Shown: piece by piece, positions 36,875 to 44,600 of the stretch
How positions within the stretch are numbered: position 1 is the first letter of the stretch
How the letters are laid out: every line of letters starts with the position of its first letter
NCBI GenBank assembly: GCA_036276755.1
Contig: DASUOG010000011.1
Span: 3,125 to 67,124 of the forward strand
Direction: 5' to 3'
From: Candidatus Saccharimonadales bacterium
Lineage (GTDB): Bacteria; Patescibacteriota; Saccharimonadia; Saccharimonadales; 2-12-FULL-41-12
Length of the DNA: 64,000 nt
The notes under the pieces: generated by a model
What the model saw: only the letters and a program-made list of their open reading frames with translations
Told to the model about the DNA's origin: nothing
Database searches by the model: none
Made by a program: the position numbers and the translations under genes

Positions 36875-38077
36875 CTAATTTGGATTTTTTTCTTGCTTGG
36901 ATTCGGGCTGTTCGTCGCCGTGTTCTTCTATGGCTTCGAGTAGGCTGGATTCCAATTGTTCCTTCTTCTTTAGTTTCTGGCCGCCCTTGGGTTTAGAGGT
37001 AGAAGGCTCGGTCTTCGGCGTTTCCTTTTCGCCGCCTCCGCTCTCGGACACTATGTCAAGCTCATATCCGGTCAGCTTGCTGGCTAGCCGTACATTCTGT
37101 CCATTCTTGCCGATAGCGATACTTAACTGGTCTTCAGGCACCATGATGACAGCTTTTTTCTCCGCTTCATCTATATTTACGTTCGCTACTTTGGTCGGAC
37201 TCAGGGCATTTTCAATAAACTGCTGGGGTGATTCATTCCACACTATAATGTCTATCTTCTCTTGCTCACCTACTTCGCTCATCACAGCGTTTACGCGCGT
37301 ACCGTGACCGCCCACGAAAGTTCCTACCGGATCGACTCCCGGCACCGTGCTGGCGACCGCTATCTTACTGCGCACACCGGCTTCGCGGGCTATAGCCTTT
37401 ATGGATACTGCGCCGCTTTCCATCTCGGGCACTTCCGCGCGGAACAGCCACTCCATGAATTCAGTATTACCGCGGGAGACCACAAGTTGAGGACCGCGAG
37501 ATGTGCGTTCCACATCTTTTAAATAGATCTTCAGGCGCTGTCCGGGATAGTATTTTTCGCCTTGGATCTGCTCGCTAGCCGGCATGATAGCCTGTGTCTT
37601 ACCCAGATCCAAACGTACAATACGACCTTCCACGCGCGAAACTACGCCATTGATCACCGTGCCGATTTTGTCCTGGAACTCATTGATAATGATTTCGCGT
37701 TCTGCTTCGCGTAACCTTTGCAGGATTACCTGCTTAGCAGTCTGGGCAGCTACCCGGCCAAAGGCCTCCGGCTGTTCCTCTATCTCTACTACATCGCCGG
37801 CTTTGGCACCTTTTTTGTATTTCTGTGCATCCGTAACGGTTATTTCGAAATGCTCGTCTTCGATATTTTCGACGACTTCTTTGGAAGTATAAATACTGAT
37901 TGTGCCGGTATTAAGATTTATCTCCGTGCGGATTTCTTGTTCGCGCTCACCGAAATCCTTTCGATAAGCGGCGGCCAAGGCCTGCTCAACCACTTCTTTG
38001 ACCGAATCTTCAGGTAAGCTCTTCTCTTCGGCGATGGATTTGATAACCACTGCCAGCTGCTTAAAATCTAATTCCAT
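36875..38077 (-). CDS. nusA: transcription termination/antitermination factor NusA
   Basis: NusA N-terminal, S1 and two KH domains (IAIGKNGQNVRLASKLTG). It has an acidic/lysine-rich C-terminal tail. Confidence 0.96.
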   Translation of the reverse strand: MELDFKQLAVVIKSIAEEKSLPEDSVKEVVEQALAAAYRKDFGEREQEIRTEINLNTGTISIYTSKEVVENIEDEHFEITVTDAQKYKKGAKAGDVVEIEEQPEAFGRVAAQTAKQVILQRLREAEREIIINEFQDKIGTVINGVVSRVEGRIVRLDLGKTQAIMPASEQIQGEKYYPGQRLKIYLKDVERTSRGPQLVVSRGNTEFMEWLFRAEVPEMESGAVSIKAIAREAGVRSKIAVASTVPGVDPVGTFVGGHGTRVNAVMSEVGEQEKIDIIVWNESPQQFIENALSPTKVANVNIDEAEKKAVIMVPEDQLSIAIGKNGQNVRLASKLTGYELDIVSESGGGEKETPKTEPSTSKPKGGQKLKKKEQLESSLLEAIEEHGDEQPESKQEKNPN

Positions 38078-38201
38078 AGTTGTTTAATCCTTTTTAATTA
38101 ATCTAAATCAAGTCTTTATGCTTGGATTGTGAATGAAAAAAGCCGACCGCTGTGGCCGACCGATATAGTCGATTATACATAAATCCCCGGCAGGCCGCAA
38201 A

Positions 38202-39710
38202 CTATTTTTCGGGTTCGGTTTCGCGTTCGGGATATAATCCGGTTTCCCTGATAGCTTCCGCCCCTTCGTTCAGAGCCTGTTCAAATTGGCTTCTGGCTAA
38301 TTTTAATTCCCCCTCCAATCTTTCGATCCGGTCATACGCCCGGCTAGCTCTGGCGGTAGCGAACCACATATTTTGCCGGGAACGTTCCGCTTCAGTCTGA
38401 GCGCGAAGCTCCGGATCCCTGGCTATCCTTACCGCCTGAAGCGCCCGTCGGAGCGCGGCTCCGCCCCATGCGCCGCCGTATACGTCGTTTTTTAAATACT
38501 CTTCTATTTCCTTAGGCAGACGTTCCAGTAGTAAGCTGCCTCTTACGAAAGCTATCTCGCCGGCTTCCTGCTTGGCTTTTATCTCTTCAAACCACCGGTG
38601 TTGGAGCTTTAGCTGCTCGTCTGTCCATTGCGGAATATCGCCTTTTACTTCTCTATCTGCCTGCTCCGTTCCAGCTTGTGACTCCGCATATACGCTCAAG
38701 TCAAAGGCATATCGTCTTTTCGTAGCGATGTATAATTTGTCAATCGCATAGGTTTCGATCTGACGGATACGTTCCTTTGTCAAACCAAGCCTGTATCCAG
38801 CCTCGTCTAGAGTATGCACGTCGGCGTATCTACGGCCCAGGACATCGAACAGTAACTCGGCGCCGGATCTTTCGCGGCCCGTCGGGGATTTGTCTTCAGC
38901 GAATTCTTCATCAGAGAACTCATCCACAGATGGTGCTTCTTCAGACATTTCTTCTTCTAAAGCTTCCTCTTTGGATAGGCCCAAGCCGGTGCGAAGATTT
39001 AATACTTTGCGTTCCCTATGGGTAAGTCCGGCTTGCTCCAGCCATTGATCCAGCAATAACTTATCAAGTATTTCATCCTCGCTTATTCCGTAACTTTCCG
39101 CCGCCACCAAACGGTTAAGCGTACCTGTCTCGCTCTCCGGATCCTCAACGGGCTCCACTGCTTCTTCTACGGGCGAGAAGTCCCCCGGCGGCAGGCCGTG
39201 TAGCACCTTTTTACTCTTACTGCTCACCGGTGGCAGAAGCTTGGATTCCGTCATCAGGTGATCCATGATTTTTGCGACAGCATTGGCGAATATAGTCACA
39301 GCGTTCTTTTTGGCAGGCTTTTTTACCCTTCTAGCGCCTTCGAGCGTCGCCAGACAACCCATATGCATGACGTCTTCCAGGGTAAGGTCATCTCGTGTGG
39401 CGATTTCATCCCTCTGGGCGTATTTATATATCCATGACAGGCGCGTGGCGATCAAGGCCTCGCTGGCCGTTGGATCGCCAGCTTTGGCACCGGCTATCAT
39501 CTCTTGCATCTCCGCCAGTGGGACACCAGGTCGCGGGCGGAAATGCAAACGTGCATCCGGCATTATGCCGGTAATTGCTTGGATCTGCCGCGCCTGGGCA
39601 TCCAAATCATCTTCAAACTCTACTTGCGGCATCGGCAACTCACGCCGATGAACCATAGGTTCGGCTTCAAATTGCACCTCCGGCGAAGGAATATCGTAAT
39701 AAGTCCCCAT
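38202..39710 (-). CDS. divergent sigma-70-like protein with an acidic insertion and a ~190-aa C-terminal extension
   Basis: Region 4.1/4.2-like segments (LTHRERKVLNLRTGL ... HTLDEAGYRLGLTKERIRQIETYAIDKLY). A degenerate region 2-like segment (ALIATRLSWIYKYAQR...LEDVMHMGCLATLEGARRV...TIFANAVAKIMDHL). I placed the start at MGTYYDIPS (ATG 39710). The track start at 39818 is rejected. Confidence 0.7.
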   Translation of the reverse strand: MGTYYDIPSPEVQFEAEPMVHRRELPMPQVEFEDDLDAQARQIQAITGIMPDARLHFRPRPGVPLAEMQEMIAGAKAGDPTASEALIATRLSWIYKYAQRDEIATRDDLTLEDVMHMGCLATLEGARRVKKPAKKNAVTIFANAVAKIMDHLMTESKLLPPVSSKSKKVLHGLPPGDFSPVEEAVEPVEDPESETGTLNRLVAAESYGISEDEILDKLLLDQWLEQAGLTHRERKVLNLRTGLGLSKEEALEEEMSEEAPSVDEFSDEEFAEDKSPTGRERSGAELLFDVLGRRYADVHTLDEAGYRLGLTKERIRQIETYAIDKLYIATKRRYAFDLSVYAESQAGTEQADREVKGDIPQWTDEQLKLQHRWFEEIKAKQEAGEIAFVRGSLLLERLPKEIEEYLKNDVYGGAWGGAALRRALQAVRIARDPELRAQTEAERSRQNMWFATARASRAYDRIERLEGELKLARSQFEQALNEGAEAIRETGLYPERETEPEK

Positions 39711-39717
39711 GTATATA

Positions 39718-39769
39718 TTATTACAATAATATATCAAGTTTGTCAATATATTCTTCCCTGTTGTACAAT
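39718..39769. promoter_or_regulatory. back-to-back divergent promoters with overlapping -35 boxes
   Basis: Minus strand: TTGACA (39746..39741)-N17-TAATAA (39723..39718), then 7 nt to the ATG at 39710. Plus strand: TTGTCA (39740..39745)-N18-TACAAT (39764..39769), then 6 nt to the ATG at 39776. Confidence 0.5.
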
Positions 39770-39775
39770 GCCAGG

Positions 39776-42325
39776 ATGAGCAAAAAGGTGAAGAGACTTT
39801 ATTCGGATATAAAACCAAACCATTACGACCTGGGGCTGTCTTTGGACATAGATAAACGGCTTTTCTCCGGAACGGTGAAGATCAGGTTTAAAAAGACAGG
39901 CCGGCCTAGCAAACGGATAACATTTCACCAAAAAGACCTTAAGTTCACCGCCACTAAATTGAAAAGCCTTTCTAAAGATAAAGAGATCGTCATCAAGCGT
40001 ATAAATACCCAAAGAAGCCTGGATGAAGTAAGACTGCACAGTGACGAAACACTGTTTCCGGGGGAGTACGAAGCGTATCTGGAATTCGCCGGTCGGATAA
40101 CCGACCCGATGCACGGCCTGTACCCCTGCTATTTCGACCACGAAGGCAAGCAGAAAGTCATGCTGGCTACCCAATTCGAAAGCCATCATACCCGCGAAGT
40201 CTTCCCGTGTATAGACGAGCCGGAAGCCAAAGCAACGTTCCAATTATCGCTGGATGCCCCGGCCGGTTTAACCATCCTTTCCAACACCCCGCCGAAAGAT
40301 CAAGCCAAGTCCGGGCAGCGGCTTATGACCACCTTTGAAAAAACACCGGTTATGAGTTCCTATCTGTTGGCTTTCATCATCGGCGAACTCCACTGCGTAG
40401 AAGCAGAGACGAAGACCGGCATTACCATGCGTACCTGGGCGACGGTTGCCCAGCCCGAAAAATTCCTGGAATACGCGAACAATGAAGCAGTGTCGGCCTT
40501 GGAGTTCTTTAGCGATTATTTCCAAACCCCTTATCCGCTTGTCAAATGCGACCAGGTAGCCCTGCCCGATTTTGAGAGCGGAGCCATGGAAAACTGGGGA
40601 CTTATCACTTACCGGGAGATTGCGCTACTGGCCGATCCGGACAACCGTTCGCTGTCCACCGAACAGTATATTTCGATGGTCATCGCCCACGAGATATCGC
40701 ATCAGTGGTTCGGCAACCTAGTTACCATGAAGTGGTGGGATGACCTCTGGCTGAACGAAAGCTTCGCGAGCCTGATGGAGCATATCGCGTTGGATCATAC
40801 CCACCCAGACTGGCACTGGTGGGAACACTATGTAATATCCGATGTCCTGTCCGCGGCAAACCGGGATATATATAAGGATGTCCAGCCGGTCGGCGTGAAT
40901 GTATCGCATCCGGACGACATACACACGCTATTCGATCCGGCCATCGTCTATGCCAAAGGCGGCCGTTTGCTCAAGATGATGCGCGAGTTCATAGGTGATA
41001 CGGCTTTTAGAAAAGGATTGAAGAATTATTTTACGCAGAATGCTTATAAAAACGCTGAACGAAACGATCTATGGGAAGCATTATCTTCCAGTAGCAATGC
41101 CGCGGTCTCATCTCTTATGACACCTTGGATCGAACAATCTGGCATGCCGGTACTTACGGTAAAAAAAACCGGCAATACCATCAGTTTGAGCCAGGAAAGG
41201 TTTTTGCTCGAGGGAGAAGACAGTGGGGCAATCTGGCCCATCGCTCTGCTTTCGGACAAGCCGCTGGCTGAAAAACTCCTTGTTAAGAAAACGGACGAAT
41301 TAAGCGCGAGCAAACCGGTAATTTTTAATGTATTGGGCAGCGGACATTATTTGGTCAATTATAAAAACAGGGATGAAAAACAGGCCCTGGCCAAGGCTAT
41401 CGCCGATCGATCGATACCTACCGAAGGACGGATTATCCGTCTGAACGATATACTCCTGCTGGCTAGAAGGGGTGACACCTCACTGATTGAAGCTCTGGAC
41501 ATAATCAAGAATTGTCAGAACGAGCCGCGGGAAGCAGTGTGGAATATGATGAGCCGGGTGGTCGGGCTTGTACGTATGCTTACCGAGGGTGACGAAAAAA
41601 CCGAGGCCGGGATCAAGAAATTAAGGGTCAAAATGGCGAACAATCAGTATACAAGACTCGGCTGGGAACAAAAGCCCGGCGAAGATCCGAATGACACTCT
41701 GCTGAGACAAACCGTGATCGGGATAATGCTCGCCGGAGAATACAAAGAGGTTATAGATAAATCTATAGCCATGTACGAGCAGACCAAAGATATAAGCCGT
41801 CTGCCAGCAGAAATCAGAACCGTGATATTAACCGCGGTCGTGAGATTCGGTAAAGCTAAAGAAATAGATAACCTGCTAAAAATATATGAGCAATCCGCCA
41901 ACCCGGACCTCAAACTTGCCATCAGTCTAGCATTATGCGAAACGCGCGATCCGGCAATCGGCCAAAAGATAATCAAACGCACTATCTCAGAAGACGGAAT
42001 CGCCCGTCCACAGGATATCTTCCGGTGGTACGCTTACCTCATGCGTAACCAATATACTCGGCAAACCGCCTGGCAGTGGATGACCATTGATTGGCAAAGA
42101 CTGGAAAAGCTTTTCGGAGGCTCCAAGAGCTTGGATTACCTGCCGGTATATTCAGCCGCGCCTCTGACCACATTCGAGTGGTATGAAAAATACGAGGACT
42201 TTTTCAAGCCGCTGCTCCATAGACGCCAATTGGAACGGAATATCAAAATAGGCTTTTCGGAAATCAAAGCACGCATAGAGTGGCGCAAGCGCGAGGAACC
42301 GAAACTAAAGCGATATTTCGACTAG
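39776..42325 (+). CDS. pepN: aminopeptidase N (M1 family)
   Basis: The GAMENWG exopeptidase motif and HEISHQWFGNLVT-X-WLNESFA zinc site, plus an ERAP1-like C-terminal domain. I placed the start at MSKKVKRLY (39776). Confidence 0.93.
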   Translation: MSKKVKRLYSDIKPNHYDLGLSLDIDKRLFSGTVKIRFKKTGRPSKRITFHQKDLKFTATKLKSLSKDKEIVIKRINTQRSLDEVRLHSDETLFPGEYEAYLEFAGRITDPMHGLYPCYFDHEGKQKVMLATQFESHHTREVFPCIDEPEAKATFQLSLDAPAGLTILSNTPPKDQAKSGQRLMTTFEKTPVMSSYLLAFIIGELHCVEAETKTGITMRTWATVAQPEKFLEYANNEAVSALEFFSDYFQTPYPLVKCDQVALPDFESGAMENWGLITYREIALLADPDNRSLSTEQYISMVIAHEISHQWFGNLVTMKWWDDLWLNESFASLMEHIALDHTHPDWHWWEHYVISDVLSAANRDIYKDVQPVGVNVSHPDDIHTLFDPAIVYAKGGRLLKMMREFIGDTAFRKGLKNYFTQNAYKNAERNDLWEALSSSSNAAVSSLMTPWIEQSGMPVLTVKKTGNTISLSQERFLLEGEDSGAIWPIALLSDKPLAEKLLVKKTDELSASKPVIFNVLGSGHYLVNYKNRDEKQALAKAIADRSIPTEGRIIRLNDILLLARRGDTSLIEALDIIKNCQNEPREAVWNMMSRVVGLVRMLTEGDEKTEAGIKKLRVKMANNQYTRLGWEQKPGEDPNDTLLRQTVIGIMLAGEYKEVIDKSIAMYEQTKDISRLPAEIRTVILTAVVRFGKAKEIDNLLKIYEQSANPDLKLAISLALCETRDPAIGQKIIKRTISEDGIARPQDIFRWYAYLMRNQYTRQTAWQWMTIDWQRLEKLFGGSKSLDYLPVYSAAPLTTFEWYEKYEDFFKPLLHRRQLERNIKIGFSEIKARIEWRKREEPKLKRYFD

Positions 42326-42402
42326 CTTCTTTCAGATATAGTCATCAGGAACGAACCGCAGAATACGATAGAGATGATTGGCGCGTTCGTGCTGGTGACG
42401 GC

Positions 42403-42744
42403 CTAAATCTCATCTATAAATTCAATCTCAAAATTTTCGCCAGAAACTTCGGCGGCGCTTAAGGTATATTCACCTCCCCATTGGTTGATCTCAACCCAAC
42501 TGCGAGCCGCCAGGTTCATCTGTCGCAGTTTTTTGGCGGTTATATAATCAAAGCCGCTGCCCTGGGAGGCCGAGCTGCGATATTTGACCTCCACGAAATA
42601 AATACAATCATCTTTCTTAGCAATGACATCTATTTCGCACCATCTGGTCTTCCAGTTTTGATCGATTACTTTAAAACCACGGTTTTTCAAGTATTCAACC
42701 ACCTCGTCCTCGGCCGCTTTACCGGAGACATTATGTAATGCCAT
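42403..42744 (-). CDS. yraN: YraN family (UPF0102) endonuclease-like protein
   Basis: 113 aa. The segment GKAAEDEVVEYLKNRGFKVIDQNWKTRWCEIDVIAKK...YFVEVKYR is typical of UPF0102. Confidence 0.88.
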   Translation of the reverse strand: MALHNVSGKAAEDEVVEYLKNRGFKVIDQNWKTRWCEIDVIAKKDDCIYFVEVKYRSSASQGSGFDYITAKKLRQMNLAARSWVEINQWGGEYTLSAAEVSGENFEIEFIDEI

Positions 42745-42769
42745 GATAACCGATTATATCATCTGAAAA

Positions 42770-42805
42770 CTAACACTTTTTGTCCGATCGGACACATTTT
42801 GTTAG
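42770..42805. repeat. imperfect 36-nt inverted repeat with a perfect 14-bp palindromic core, TGTCCGATCGGACA
   Basis: CTAACA-ctttt-TGTCCGATCGGACA-catttt-GTTAG, between the rnhB stop and the yraN -10 box (TATAAT at 42758..42753). Confidence 0.5.
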
Positions 42806-42808
42806 TGT

Positions 42809-43369
42809 TTATGCCAGCTTGAGTATTGGTTTGTAGCTTAACCGGTGAAAACCGGTTATACCATGGACTCTGAGGGCATTGATATGTTTTTTCGTACCGT
42901 AGCCGACATGCGTTTCAAAGCCGTACCCGGGATAATCTATGGCAATTTTTCGCATATATTCGTCACGGGCAACCTTCGCTATGATACCGGCCGCGCTTAC
43001 TTCCGGCACGGTCATATCGGCCTTGATAATACACTTGGAATTTTTAAGATGCTTCAAGTAATTTATGTTTCCGTCGATGATTATCTCATTTTCGTCACAG
43101 TTTAATGTGGAAAGGGCGCGGTTAATCCCCAACGATGTTGCTTCCGTTAGGCCCATGGAATCTATTTCTTGCGGGTTGACCCAGCCAAGAGTTACCGAAA
43201 CAGACTCCCGGTAAATGCTTTCGGCAAATTTTTCTCGCATGTGTTTCGGCAAAAGCTTGGAGTCCGTCAAGCCGTCCAGAACAAAATCGCCCATTATGAC
43301 CGCCCCGACCACCAACGGCCCGGCCCATGCACCCCGGCCAGCTTCATCAATACCTAATACGTAGCCCAT
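42809..43369 (-). CDS. rnhB: ribonuclease HII
   Basis: GIDEAGRGAWAGPLVVGAV and DSK motifs. 186 aa. Confidence 0.95.
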   Translation of the reverse strand: MGYVLGIDEAGRGAWAGPLVVGAVIMGDFVLDGLTDSKLLPKHMREKFAESIYRESVSVTLGWVNPQEIDSMGLTEATSLGINRALSTLNCDENEIIIDGNINYLKHLKNSKCIIKADMTVPEVSAAGIIAKVARDEYMRKIAIDYPGYGFETHVGYGTKKHINALRVHGITGFHRLSYKPILKLA

Positions 43370-43465
43370 CTATCGCTTTATTGTAGCAAAGCTCGAAGAC
43401 AATATATTTGCAAATCATCGAACAATGGGAGTATCATCAAAATATTAAAAAGGAGGATAATAACA

Positions 43466-43927
43466 ATGTTAAGTACGCTTGCTCATTCCCTTTATTCGGG
43501 TGACATATACGGACCGGCGGTTTCCGTGAGCTGGCTGGGGATCATCCTGGCGGTAGCGGCCGCAATGGTTATCGGCTCCATATGGTACGGACCGCTTTTT
43601 GGCAAAAGGTGGATGCAACTGGTCAAACTATCCAAAAAGGATGTTGGCAATCCTGTAGGCCCGATGCTGGTCATGGTGGTGCTGGCTTTCGTGCAGGTTT
43701 TGATCCTAGCGCATTTCATTAATTACGTAGGTTACTTCTACCCGGACTACAGCGAACTTGCGACCGGAGTACTGACCGGACTTTGGGCGTTCGTAGGGTT
43801 CGTGGTACCGGTGCTGGTGTCTAACGCCGTGTTTGCCAAAGGCTCCATGGAACTACTCAAAATGAATCTCGGCAACCAGCTGGTTACCTTGCTTGCTATC
43901 GGAGCTATCCTGGGTACGGTCAATTAG
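43466..43927 (+). CDS. DUF1761 family membrane protein
   Basis: Four predicted TM segments and the signature GSIWYGPLFGKRWM. It has a strong SD, AGGAGG, 9 nt upstream of the ATG. Confidence 0.8.
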   Translation: MLSTLAHSLYSGDIYGPAVSVSWLGIILAVAAAMVIGSIWYGPLFGKRWMQLVKLSKKDVGNPVGPMLVMVVLAFVQVLILAHFINYVGYFYPDYSELATGVLTGLWAFVGFVVPVLVSNAVFAKGSMELLKMNLGNQLVTLLAIGAILGTVN

Positions 43928-44489
43928 CTTTCTTGGGTTTTGAAGAGTCGGCTGATTCATCTTCGGCCGGTTTTTCTTGTTGGCCTTCGGGCTTTTTATC
44001 GCCGGCTTTTTGTTCGGGTTCGGTTGATTCTGTCTTTTCGCTCGATAGTTCTTTCGGTTCAGTATCTTCCCTCGTTTCACCGCTAGCTTCCGGTTGTTCT
44101 GGCGGTTTTTCCGGTTCGGGTATTTTGTTCACCGCTTCCTGATCGAAGTCAACGCTTGAAAGACGGGCTGATTTGCCGGTACGCTCGCGCATGTAGCTTA
44201 GGTAATTACGTCGGACCTTGCTGCGTTTGACGACTTGTACTTTGGTTATCGTCGGACTGTGCAAAAGGTAAGTCTTTTCTACGCCCACGCCGCTGGCGAT
44301 CCGTCTCACGGTTATCGATGCCGTCAAGGAATTTTTGCGTGAAGTCCGGATGACCAAACCTTCGAAGACCTGTACCCTCTCTTTGTTGCCTTCGCGCACT
44401 TTTTGATGCACCTTTACAGTATCGCCGCTTCTCACGTCAACGACGTGCGGCTTCATGTATTTTTTCTCGACAGCTTTAATTACCGACAT
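43920..44489 (-). CDS. rplS: 50S ribosomal protein L19 with a ~70-aa acidic/Pro-rich C-terminal extension
   Basis: L19 core (RSGDTVKVHQKVREGNKERVQVFEGLVI...RRIASGVGVEKTYLLHSP) followed by PEPEKPPEQPEASGETREDTEPKE... There is an 8-nt convergent overlap with the DUF1761 gene. Confidence 0.94.
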   Translation of the reverse strand: MSVIKAVEKKYMKPHVVDVRSGDTVKVHQKVREGNKERVQVFEGLVIRTSRKNSLTASITVRRIASGVGVEKTYLLHSPTITKVQVVKRSKVRRNYLSYMRERTGKSARLSSVDFDQEAVNKIPEPEKPPEQPEASGETREDTEPKELSSEKTESTEPEQKAGDKKPEGQQEKPAEDESADSSKPKKAN

Positions 44490-44600
44490 TGCTTCTAAAA
44501 ACCTTGATTTTATTGCTTAGAGGCAAAGTATATCACATCTGTTAATGAAATAAAAGTCTGGTCGCGGAACCGTATAAATATAGCTGGTTCTAATAAGTTT

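Noticed and set aside
36870-36878. A third CIRCE element at the nusA stop.
   Set aside because: Only one arm (GAGTGCTAA/TTAGCACTC) is present, and the sequence 9 nt away does not match the partner arm. It is reported as a half-site only.
38140-38160. A terminator after the sigma-like gene, based on GGTCGGC...GGTCGGCTTTTTT.
   Set aside because: The two GGTCGGC copies are direct repeats, not inverted repeats, so no stable hairpin precedes the T-run.
39711-39818. The extended starts of the sigma-like gene (39818) and pepN (39740).
   Set aside because: Each extension covers the other gene's promoter, and both encode Cys/Tyr/Asn-rich low-complexity sequence derived from AT-rich DNA. The internal ATGs have promoter boxes at consistent spacing.
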